From NCBI GenBank assembly GCA_017416845.1, contig JAFQBA010000100.1:8968-72967 (forward strand): 64,000 nt of DNA, given 5' to 3'. Numbering within the stretch: the stretch's first letter is position 1; every line of letters begins with the position of its first letter. This stretch comes from Clostridia bacterium (GTDB lineage Bacteria; Bacillota; Clostridia; UMGS1810). Under the pieces are notes generated by a model that made no database searches, had not been told where the DNA came from, and worked only from the letters and a program-made list of their open reading frames with translations. Shown piece after piece: positions 17,933 to 25,720 of the stretch. A program made the translations under genes and the position numbers.

Positions 17933-18703
17933 TTAATTTATAGTACCATTCTTTATATGATATGCTATATTGTGTTTTTCGCAGAAATCAACAACCACGT
18001 TAGCCGTTTTGTTAAAGAACTCTTTATGTCTCTTATATTCCGAAGCTTTTTTATTGTAATGAATTCTCCCAAAAATTATTTTATCACAAAAACTAACAGC
18101 CTCAAGGATATCGTTAATATTTTGATCTATAAAATTCGGAGTTGGATATGGTTCTATGCTTACCCAGGTCTTGCATCCAAATTCATGTAAAGTTCTTAAT
18201 GCCTGAATCCTTTCATCAAAGGGTACCGAATTAGGCTCATACTCTTTTCTGAATTCTTCATTTAAAGAAATTAAAGTTATCCCATATTCGTTATCTGAAG
18301 ATAATTTCATAAGTTCTTCAGGTAAAATACCTTTAGTTAAAACTGTACACTTTATCCCTGCAGTGTTAAGCTTTTGGATGGCCTTGATGCTCATCTTAGA
18401 TATCTCATCATATCCATACATAAACGGATCCGTAGTGAAACATAGATGAACTGATTTGATTTTATCTTTCAGTTTAGGAATTTCTTTATCTAACAGCTCT
18501 AATGTATTTGAAACCAAATATGGTTCTATCCAATCCTCATAGCAACCGACTTGACCAAAACGTTTTTTTTGCAAATATGCATAACATGGAAATTTACAGC
18601 CATGTGCACAACCCAAAACATGGTTCATAGTATAATCCCCATATTCTACACCTGTAACATAAAGCATGGTCTTTCGCTCTATATATCCTTTGACCTGTTT
18701 CAC
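17933..18703 (-). CDS. Radical-SAM/SPL-like protein with atypical CX3CX3C motif (three-Cys-motif partner of TcmP)
   Basis: GTG start 7 nt after GGAGGTG, overlapping the TcmP stop (GTGA). Motif GCAHGCKFPCYAY. Downstream pattern resembles SplB-type TIM-barrel radical SAM proteins (LCFTTDPF, TVLTKG, YEPNSVPFDERIQALRTLHEFGC, SIEPYP). Confidence 0.55.
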   Translation of the reverse strand: MKQVKGYIERKTMLYVTGVEYGDYTMNHVLGCAHGCKFPCYAYLQKKRFGQVGCYEDWIEPYLVSNTLELLDKEIPKLKDKIKSVHLCFTTDPFMYGYDEISKMSIKAIQKLNTAGIKCTVLTKGILPEELMKLSSDNEYGITLISLNEEFRKEYEPNSVPFDERIQALRTLHEFGCKTWVSIEPYPTPNFIDQNINDILEAVSFCDKIIFGRIHYNKKASEYKRHKEFFNKTANVVVDFCEKHNIAYHIKNGTIN

Positions 18704-19950
18704 GCTTTACACCTCCTCAATGTAATGGTCTTATCTTTACATTCTTCCCAAAATGCAGATTTTTTTCCGTTTTTTCTATGAGCAGGATTTCGCAAAATTT
18801 GCAGTTCTTTTTTTTGTTCTAAAATAGTTAAACTATCATATATCATTTTAAAATCACAGATTAGTCCGTACTCATTAACAAAAGATGCTATATATTCCGT
18901 TAATCCAATTTCGTTATAACCTTTAAGATGCTGCGAAACCTTTTCGGCAATTTCTTCTATTGTTATCAAATCACCTTCCCCAGTAGAAGAACATCCTGTT
19001 AGCATATCAAAAATTGTAAATTGTCCATCTTGTTGAATATTTAAAAACAATTCTTCTTTTCGCTTCTGCATATTTTGAGCCATCAAAAAGCAACCATCCC
19101 TATGGTTACAAACATGCATCATTCGATATTTAGGTCTTTGTCCTTCCTTTAAGCGAATAGGCAAATCAAGAACATATGAAAAAAATTTTTTTAATTGTTG
19201 TTTATACCTTTCAGATAATATTTGTTCAGCTTTATAACCATCAAACTTACCAGCTTTATAATCTTTTACAATATCTTTCCAATAATCTCCACCAGCTATT
19301 GAATTTAACAATACTTCTGATTGAGCATTTGTGTCAACAGTCATAGGGTCATATTCAATCAAATCTTCCAATGAATTCAAAGCTGCATCATTACTATAAT
19401 TAACCCTCATAACTCTGCATGCATCGCGGAAAAAGCCAAAAGAATTGAAGTTTATTAACATTTCAAATGAATTAAACCCTAATGTTTTGAACTTTTTGAA
19501 CAATTCAAAATTTAGTGCTTTTATTCCGTATGGATCTATGTAAAGAAAAACATTATAATTATCTTTATCTGAAAGGCACTTTAAAATTGTTTCTTCATAT
19601 TTACCGGATATTATATTGGCATCTCCATAATTAGAAATGAAGGTGGCAACGTTTTGTTGCAATTCGACGGCATGATCTGACTCAATAAAACAAGGTTGTA
19701 TAGCACCATTCTTAAAGGAAATATTAGCTCTTTTTAAGCAATCTTCTCTAACTTTTAATGCAATCAGAGGTGAACCATCATTGCCATCTTCAAATTTTCC
19801 TTTTCCAGCAAAACAATCTACATAATATATGGGTTTCTTTGTCATAAGAACTTTTTGAAAATATGGTGATAAATAGCAACCCAAAAGTTTATCTTTTATA
19901 ACAGACCAATCGTTTTTCTCTTTAAAGAAATCAGAATTATTTTTTGACAT
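18700..19950 (-). CDS. tcmP: Three-Cys-motif partner protein TcmP-like (methyltransferase-fold N-terminus)
   Basis: The N-terminal pattern W..IK...L..YL..Y......K.IYYVDCFAGKGKF.DG..GSPLIAL matches my recollection of the TcmP family, with a D.FAG.G SAM-motif-I-like element. TAGGAG RBS. Translationally coupled to the CX3CX3C gene. Confidence 0.55.
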   Translation of the reverse strand: MSKNNSDFFKEKNDWSVIKDKLLGCYLSPYFQKVLMTKKPIYYVDCFAGKGKFEDGNDGSPLIALKVREDCLKRANISFKNGAIQPCFIESDHAVELQQNVATFISNYGDANIISGKYEETILKCLSDKDNYNVFLYIDPYGIKALNFELFKKFKTLGFNSFEMLINFNSFGFFRDACRVMRVNYSNDAALNSLEDLIEYDPMTVDTNAQSEVLLNSIAGGDYWKDIVKDYKAGKFDGYKAEQILSERYKQQLKKFFSYVLDLPIRLKEGQRPKYRMMHVCNHRDGCFLMAQNMQKRKEELFLNIQQDGQFTIFDMLTGCSSTGEGDLITIEEIAEKVSQHLKGYNEIGLTEYIASFVNEYGLICDFKMIYDSLTILEQKKELQILRNPAHRKNGKKSAFWEECKDKTITLRRCKA

Positions 19951-20259
19951 TAATAATCAACTCCTACATTAATTTATCTCAATATCATCAATCACTAAAC
20001 ACCTTATCAATGACATCACAAATATTACAATAGATATGATACAACAGCGAAGACTAAATTTATTCAAATTAAAGTTTACCATTTCCATCAATAATTTTCA
20101 TCATCACAGAAATTTACGATTTCAATAACTAATCAGCAAGATACTTCATCGTATCTGATTAAATCACCTTCAAGTTCCGTAAGCGATTCGTCAAAATCGG
20201 CATATTTATAAACTCGCTTATATTATGTGCCAACTTGATTTTTCTGTTTTATCAGGTTA

Positions 20260-20772
20260 TTATAGTTTAATCTTTCCTGCATCGTTTGATATATCTTGAT
20301 ATGGTTCCCCAGGCTGCTCCGACCAAAATTTATTTATATCAAATTCATGCTCCTCTAACTTACTATGTAAATTTGTGATACGGATAAGATCACTTTTATA
20401 GTCTCTTGCTGAGCGACTATTTAGTAATTCTGTAATTTGTCTTATGTTACAGCTTCTTACTAATTCACCTTCTAAGTTTGGTACCTGCGGGATCGTAATT
20501 ACACTAGATATATAAGAACAATCTTTTAATTTTTTCATATTTCTTTTTAAGATTTCTACATTGTTTGTATCAGTATCAAATATTAATACAACAATAGTTC
20601 CCTGCTTTAAAGGTCTTAGGTGCGCATCTTTAATCAGTTCTTGTAACACATTTAGTTTTTGTAATTTTCCCGGAGCTATAACTTTCATAGTATTTTTAAG
20701 GGTGTCAACAAGTTTTTTCTCATCTTCCCCTTCAACATAATACTGAACTATTTGTTTCTTCATTAGTGTCAC
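20260..20772 (-). CDS. Small Toprim-like protein (RloB/DUF4276-type), partner of the upstream ATPase
   Basis: Conserved acidic pattern YYVEGEDEKKLV then VLIFDTDTNN (E ... DxD, Toprim-like). The start overlaps the ATPase stop (GTGA; an alternative ATG lies 9 nt downstream). Confidence 0.45.
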   Translation of the reverse strand: MTLMKKQIVQYYVEGEDEKKLVDTLKNTMKVIAPGKLQKLNVLQELIKDAHLRPLKQGTIVVLIFDTDTNNVEILKRNMKKLKDCSYISSVITIPQVPNLEGELVRSCNIRQITELLNSRSARDYKSDLIRITNLHSKLEEHEFDINKFWSEQPGEPYQDISNDAGKIKL

Positions 20773-21893
20773 CCCTCATCATCTGTATTAATAATATCAT
20801 AAATAAGCTCCAGAGCAGGTGATACTGAAAATGCATCATTTTCTACAGCATTTCTTAAGGAATCAGTATTACGCTTCAGATAAGAAGAAGCATTTACAGG
20901 TTTGATTGTAGTCTCAGGATCTGTAACATCTTTACGTAAAAATGTAAATGTGTGCTTAGGAAGATTCATATCTAAAACATCTGTATTGTGAGTTGTAAAG
21001 AACAGTTGATCGTTTTCGCCTACATATTCAATCATCACAGATAAGATAGCTTTTTCTATGTCACTATGAATATATGAAAATTTTTCATCACAGTAATAAA
21101 AATGATAGTCTTTCTGAATCAAAGATGAAAGCATTGTAGACACTTCAATCCCAGCCTTCGTTCCACTAGAAAGAAAATCTGTAGTTAATAAGTCTCCATC
21201 CTGAATTACAATGGACTTATTTTGGAGATGTATTACGTATGCGTTATCAACATCTTGTGATATCTTAACTTCCTTGATAGATGGATCCAAAGCTTTTAAT
21301 ACATTTTCAAGAACTTGACGAAATTTCTCATCTTTATTTGGCAATTTTAATTTATTCGGGTGATCTTCCGGATACTGAAAAAACCACGATAATTCTTCAA
21401 TCTTTTCAAGCTCGTCTACATAGTTTTCTGACGAATAAAAATCTTTGTTTTCTATTCTTTCTACGCAAGATTCGTAGCTGTCTTTGACTCTAATATTTTC
21501 CTGAATTATCTGTACTTTAATATGACTAGATTGGTAATTTCCATCTGCACATGGTTCTACTACACATATTACCCTATAAAAAACTTGACTGTTTGAAGCA
21601 AGGTCTAAGGTAAATGAAGCTTCCTTGCTAGTATCACAAATTACCGAGGTGATATAACTGTAATTTTTTTGGCTGATGAAATTAAAAATTTTCATCAAAA
21701 TTCGTCCAAAAGTCGTTTTCCCGGATGCATTAGCACCAAAAAACACATTGACTTTTTTGTATCTGAAATTACTGCGTCCTGCTAAATGTTCATCCTGTAT
21801 ATATGATCCTACGATCTTTTTAGGATACGTTAAATTCATTTGAAAGTTTCTAAATGCATAAAAATTATCTAAACACACATTCAATACAACCAT
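20769..21893 (-). CDS. AAA_21/ABC-type ATPase of a split OLD/AbiL/PARIS-like pair
   Basis: ORF 20769..21929. Start moved to ATG at 21893, after AAGGAGG. Walker A is GANASGKTT. Walker B / D-loop-like element is YYCDEKFSYIH. The C-terminal FFTTHNTDVL is typical of this ATPase group. Confidence 0.6.
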   Translation of the reverse strand: MVVLNVCLDNFYAFRNFQMNLTYPKKIVGSYIQDEHLAGRSNFRYKKVNVFFGANASGKTTFGRILMKIFNFISQKNYSYITSVICDTSKEASFTLDLASNSQVFYRVICVVEPCADGNYQSSHIKVQIIQENIRVKDSYESCVERIENKDFYSSENYVDELEKIEELSWFFQYPEDHPNKLKLPNKDEKFRQVLENVLKALDPSIKEVKISQDVDNAYVIHLQNKSIVIQDGDLLTTDFLSSGTKAGIEVSTMLSSLIQKDYHFYYCDEKFSYIHSDIEKAILSVMIEYVGENDQLFFTTHNTDVLDMNLPKHTFTFLRKDVTDPETTIKPVNASSYLKRNTDSLRNAVENDAFSVSPALELIYDIINTDDEG

Positions 21894-22261
21894 TTTGTGC
21901 CTCCTTCGATTTATTTCTTCGTGTTTCACGAAATAATCTCCTTTCTGTTATTCTACATTAAATATTTAAAAAATGCAATACTATATTTAAATTTATTTCC
22001 ATTTTTCTTTAATTTATATATATAATATCCCTTTAGGTATTCATTTATTATTAATAATGATAATAAATATGATTATTTGATGTCATGCATTCTTCGTTTT
22101 AGTATATACAATTAAATTATACACTAAAACTAAAAATATAACTCCTATAAATTTAACAAAAACGAACGCATCCCAATCACTTGTCACAGCTATATTTGAC
22201 CCATATTCCAGGTGAAAAACCAAGTAATATAGCCTAAAATTAATTTTTACAATTTAGTTAC

Positions 22262-22303
22262 AAAAAAGACAACCGATAGTAGCTTATGTATGCTACTATC
22301 GGT
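22262..22303 (-). terminator. Rho-independent terminator of the integrase gene
   Basis: Perfect 12-bp stem ACCGATAGTAGC / GCTACTATCGGT with an 8-nt loop, followed on the minus strand by TCTTTTTTG. It lies 35 nt downstream of the int stop. Confidence 0.75.
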
Positions 22304-22337
22304 CTCTTCATGTTTTGTTGACTATTGAATTTTAAAC

Positions 22338-23474
22338 TTACGCTCTATGCAGAACTATTGAATCAAGCTTTGCCGCAGCTTCCTCATCCATCTCAGGTAA
22401 TACATGTGTGTAAGTATTAAGGGTTATATTTACATCTGAGTGTCCTAATCTTTGCTGAACCACTCTTGGGTTAACGCCTGCCTGGATAAGTGCCGTTGCA
22501 TTACTATGACGAAGATCGTGCAAACGTATTCTTGGCAATCCCCTACTTTCAAGGAATCTTGTCCATTTTCTTGTCATTGAATCGGGTTTAAGGGGAGAAC
22601 CGTCTTCCTGACGTATAACAAATCCAAGGTTCTGAAATCCAACTCCATAAGACAACATATCTTTTGTATATTCTTTCTTGGCAAGTTCCAATTCCTTCAT
22701 AACATCATCACCAAGATGGATGTCACGTATACCCGACTCTGTTTTGGGTGCTTTAATGATGAATCCTTTTTCGCCACGCACCATATTTCTTCTTACTTTG
22801 AGGATATTCTTTTTAAAATCAATATCCTCCCAACGCAGTGCAAGAAGTTCTCCTCGTCTTAAGCCTACAGTTAATAATATTAAAATTGGCAAATACATAT
22901 CTGTACCTTTGGCTTCGTCAAGCAAGCTATACATCATTTTCGGGGAGTATACTTCCGCTTTGTATCTCTTTCTTTTTGGAAGAGATACGCCTTCACATGG
23001 ATTGTAAGGAATGAGTCGTATCTTTACAGCAAGCTTCATCGCCGCATTGACATTATTGAATGTATCCCTAATATTTTTGGGAGATAAGCCTTTAGCAATC
23101 ATTTCATTAACCATCCCTTGAACATGTTCAGCTCTTAATGCCTGTATCAGAATATCACCAATGGCGGGTTTAATGTAACATCTTATCTTACTCTTATACC
23201 CTACTCTTGTTGTTTCTTCTACATTGGAAAGGTATGAATCAACCCACTCATCCATCCATTGACCTATAGTCTTGTCTGTTCTCTTTGTAGTTATTCCTTG
23301 TTCCATTTCTGTAATCATTTTGTGCATTACAGACTTAGCTTCTTTCTTACTACCTTTAACCGTCTTGTATGCTCTGATACGTTTGCCGGTTAATTCATCA
23401 TAGCCACCCTCTACAGTAACTTGATAACTAATACCCGATTTTGTTCTCTTCTCTCTTATGTTACCTGTTGCCAT
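22338..23474 (-). CDS. int: Tyrosine-type site-specific integrase with N-terminal arm-binding domain
   Basis: C-terminal catalytic pattern HDLRHSNATALIQAGVNPRVVQQRLGHSDVNITLNTYTH. R in LRRGELLAL. N-terminal KSGISYQVTVEGGYD..TGKRIR resembles an AP2-like arm-binding domain. AAAGGAG RBS. Confidence 0.9.
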   Translation of the reverse strand: MATGNIREKRTKSGISYQVTVEGGYDELTGKRIRAYKTVKGSKKEAKSVMHKMITEMEQGITTKRTDKTIGQWMDEWVDSYLSNVEETTRVGYKSKIRCYIKPAIGDILIQALRAEHVQGMVNEMIAKGLSPKNIRDTFNNVNAAMKLAVKIRLIPYNPCEGVSLPKRKRYKAEVYSPKMMYSLLDEAKGTDMYLPILILLTVGLRRGELLALRWEDIDFKKNILKVRRNMVRGEKGFIIKAPKTESGIRDIHLGDDVMKELELAKKEYTKDMLSYGVGFQNLGFVIRQEDGSPLKPDSMTRKWTRFLESRGLPRIRLHDLRHSNATALIQAGVNPRVVQQRLGHSDVNITLNTYTHVLPEMDEEAAAKLDSIVLHRA

Positions 23475-23479
23475 ATTTT

Positions 23480-23698
23480 CTATCTCCTTTCTACTATTTG
23501 ATATACAGGTCTTTGTTTCAACTTTTTCTTTACCGATTTTGACGGATACAGCACTTCGTTAAGCTTGCTTTCAAGAACTCTGTACTGCCTACCTACGGTA
23601 ACATACTCAACCTTGTCCTTAACAAAGTTTAAAGCAGTATCATAGGATACCTTTAGTAGTTCTGCTACTTCACTTACTGTTAAATATCTATCTTTCAT
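23480..23698 (-). CDS. Excisionase-family helix-turn-helix DNA-binding protein
   Basis: 72 aa, YLTVSEVAELLKVSYDTALNFVK...GRQYRV, immediately upstream of int. GAGGAG RBS. Confidence 0.65.
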   Translation of the reverse strand: MKDRYLTVSEVAELLKVSYDTALNFVKDKVEYVTVGRQYRVLESKLNEVLYPSKSVKKKLKQRPVYQIVERR

Positions 23699-23761
23699 AA
23701 TTCATACTCCTCTCTCAAAATTATAATATATATCTGAATTTTAGTGGTTTTCGAAATTGGT

Positions 23762-23828
23762 GTTACCTGCCACTAAATACCTTTCTCTTTTGAAAAACAA
23801 GGAAAAAGATAATCAGGTGGCAGGTGAC
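23762..23828. repeat. 67-bp inverted-repeat module, copy 1
   Basis: GTTACCTGCCAC at 23762-73 and GTGGCAGGTGAC at 23817-28, arm starts 55 bp apart. It lies 21 nt downstream of the stop of ORF 23849..24499 and 64 nt upstream of the xis-like start. Confidence 0.7.
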
Positions 23829-23848
23829 AAATATTTACAAATTAAAAA

Positions 23849-24499
23849 TTACCAATCATAACTGTAGTCATATTCTTCATCTTCACAAGAATTATTTTTT
23901 GTCTCTTCTTGGAATAATTCCTTTTTATCGATCATTTCTTTTCTTTTCATATTAGCGCAGTAATCAATATACTCTTCCCACGTTATGGGAGTACGTTTAC
24001 AGAATCCTCCAATCTTGCTATTCTCATAATTGAGAGCAACATACTCAGTAGCACCTACAATTTCTTTGACTTTAAATTTTTCCTTACTAAGAAAAACTTT
24101 CATTGAATAAGTAAGATTTTCATAAAACGTTGAACCTATAGGATATACCTGAATTATATGATAAAATCTTACATCGTCGTCAGATATTTTTCCTATAGCA
24201 AGATGATAACAATCCGGATAGGGAATAATCTCATAGTAAACTTTGACGACATCTTTTCCGAATGTTCTTCTTTCATACTCTGCATGTATAATTTCAGAAA
24301 AATACCAGCCGGAAGGTACGTCCTCATAGTTAGGAAATTTATATCCATGGAGTCCATTGCTTTCCATTTCATAGTCCTGAGAAATATCTTTTGTTCTGTC
24401 TACCGTCGTTTTACGAGTTGAGCAAATCAGCTTACCATCTTGATAAGTTGCTCTGTTCGTATAACAAACATTAGTATTTTTTGCATTATTTGTTAACAT
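23849..24499 (-). CDS. Hypothetical protein, paralogue family A (possibly DUF669/phage SSB-like) with acidic C-terminal tail
   Basis: AAGGAGG RBS. Shares VP.G.Y.S.... G.D...V.YEI and Q.YP.GS.F..N...M and G.TE.V.L.Y.N..IGG...R.P with ORF 24651..25283. The tail reads CEDEEYDYSYDW. Confidence 0.6.
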   Translation of the reverse strand: MLTNNAKNTNVCYTNRATYQDGKLICSTRKTTVDRTKDISQDYEMESNGLHGYKFPNYEDVPSGWYFSEIIHAEYERRTFGKDVVKVYYEIIPYPDCYHLAIGKISDDDVRFYHIIQVYPIGSTFYENLTYSMKVFLSKEKFKVKEIVGATEYVALNYENSKIGGFCKRTPITWEEYIDYCANMKRKEMIDKKELFQEETKNNSCEDEEYDYSYDW

Positions 24500-24569
24500 A
24501 ATATCATCCTCCTTTTTGAGCTTTCAGTTTATAATCAACACTTTCAATGGATTCCTGTTTTTATGTTTT

Positions 24570-24632
24570 CCGCCTGTCACAAAATATGTATTTCATTGAC
24601 ATATATTCAAAGCAAAAATTCGTGACAGGCGG
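24570..24632. repeat. Inverted-repeat module, copy 2
   Basis: CCGCCTGTCAC at 24570-80 and GTGACAGGCGG at 24622-32 are perfect complements, 52 bp start to start. It lies 19 nt downstream of the stop of ORF 24651..25283. Confidence 0.7.
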
Positions 24633-24650
24633 CATAAATATCATTCCGTT

Positions 24651-25283
24651 TTATTCGTCATCTTCTTCAAGAAAATCATCAAACTCATCATCTTCATCAA
24701 TTGTAATTTTATTTTCAAGCAAGTCCTTTCCTTTGTATTCATGCTTGATATCATTACCATCAGCTTCTTCCTGATTCTCTAGCAGATTAACCTTTGTCAG
24801 TTTCGGTTTTCTGAAAATCCTATCATACTTTTCAGGTTCTAAAGGATGACGTCCAATATAACCGCCAATAGTGGCGTTACCGTAATCTAATGTAACATGC
24901 TCTGTAACGCCAATGGTATCATCAAGATCCATCTCATCAATACCAACCGCTTCAGCCATTGCTTCACAATAATTGTCAAAGAACGATGTCCCTAAAGGGT
25001 AGATCTGACGTATATTATATGTAGGAATATTTGTGTTTGAAGAAAGCTTGCCATTAAGTATCTTTTCACAAATAGAGGCCTCTTTGATTTCATAACAAAC
25101 TTCAATTGCGTCATTACCTGACTTGGTTATAGTTTCTTTTGCAGATACAACTCTTGATATATAATCTCCGGCAGGCACCTGATTTGGGTATGGGAGATTA
25201 AAATTGTTTGCTTTTTTTCTGGTAAGTTTAAACGAAGTTTTGGAGCCTAAATAATTTCTGGTTTTTACATTTTTGGAATTCAT
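24651..25283 (-). CDS. Hypothetical protein, paralogue family A, with long acidic C-terminal tail
   Basis: AAGGAGG RBS. Paralogous to 23849..24499. The tail reads IDEDDEFDDFLEEDDE. Confidence 0.6.
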   Translation of the reverse strand: MNSKNVKTRNYLGSKTSFKLTRKKANNFNLPYPNQVPAGDYISRVVSAKETITKSGNDAIEVCYEIKEASICEKILNGKLSSNTNIPTYNIRQIYPLGTSFFDNYCEAMAEAVGIDEMDLDDTIGVTEHVTLDYGNATIGGYIGRHPLEPEKYDRIFRKPKLTKVNLLENQEEADGNDIKHEYKGKDLLENKITIDEDDEFDDFLEEDDE

Positions 25284-25319
25284 AAAAATTCCTCCTTTTC
25301 TTTAAATATTTTTTATTTT

Positions 25320-25386
25320 GTCACCTGCCACGAATCATATTTTTCGCTTGTTATACAAGTAAAAACTGATACTTGTGGCAGGTGCA
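25320..25386. repeat. Inverted-repeat module, copy 3
   Basis: GTCACCTGCCAC at 25320-31 and GTGGCAGGTGCA at 25375-86, 55-bp spacing. It lies 5 nt downstream of the stop of ORF 25391..25600. Confidence 0.7.
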
Positions 25387-25390
25387 AGTT

Positions 25391-25600
25391 TTAATTTTTG
25401 TTTTTTATAATTTTAATATAGAATACATCTATAGCTTCTTCATTATTTTTTGTAGTTGTTTCTTGTCCCTTTATAACTTCTGATATGTAGTAATCTGGTG
25501 GTACAACATCTATAGAGGGATATTTGTAATTGAAATAATCAAAAGAAAATCCTCTTAGAGTAAAGCCTACGTTTTTTGTACTTTCATTTGTTGTATTCAT
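25391..25600 (-). CDS. Truncated paralogue of family A (N-terminal segment only)
   Basis: 69 aa with AAGGAGG RBS. YPSIDVVPPDYYISEVIKGQETTTKNNEEAIDVFY aligns with the N-terminal core of the two longer paralogues. Confidence 0.5.
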   Translation of the reverse strand: MNTTNESTKNVGFTLRGFSFDYFNYKYPSIDVVPPDYYISEVIKGQETTTKNNEEAIDVFYIKIIKNKN

Positions 25601-25642
25601 TTTTGAATACCTCCTTTTACATTTTTATAGTTGATATTTTGT

Positions 25643-25709
25643 GTCACCTGTCGCAAGGTATGATTTTCCCATGACAAACTGGAGGAAAGATGCGAGTGCG
25701 ACAGGCGAC
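25643..25709. repeat. Inverted-repeat module, copy 4
   Basis: GTCACCTGTCGC at 25643-54 and GCGACAGGCGAC at 25698-709, 55-bp spacing. It lies 12 nt downstream of the stop of ORF 25721..27142. Confidence 0.7.
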
Positions 25710-25720
25710 AATTATATTTA

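Noticed and set aside
19951-20259. Possible gene remnant in the 310-bp gap between the two defence gene pairs
   Set aside because: Only a short open stretch (YKYADFDESLTELEGDLIRYDEVSC*) with no start or RBS is present. That is too little evidence to call a pseudogene.
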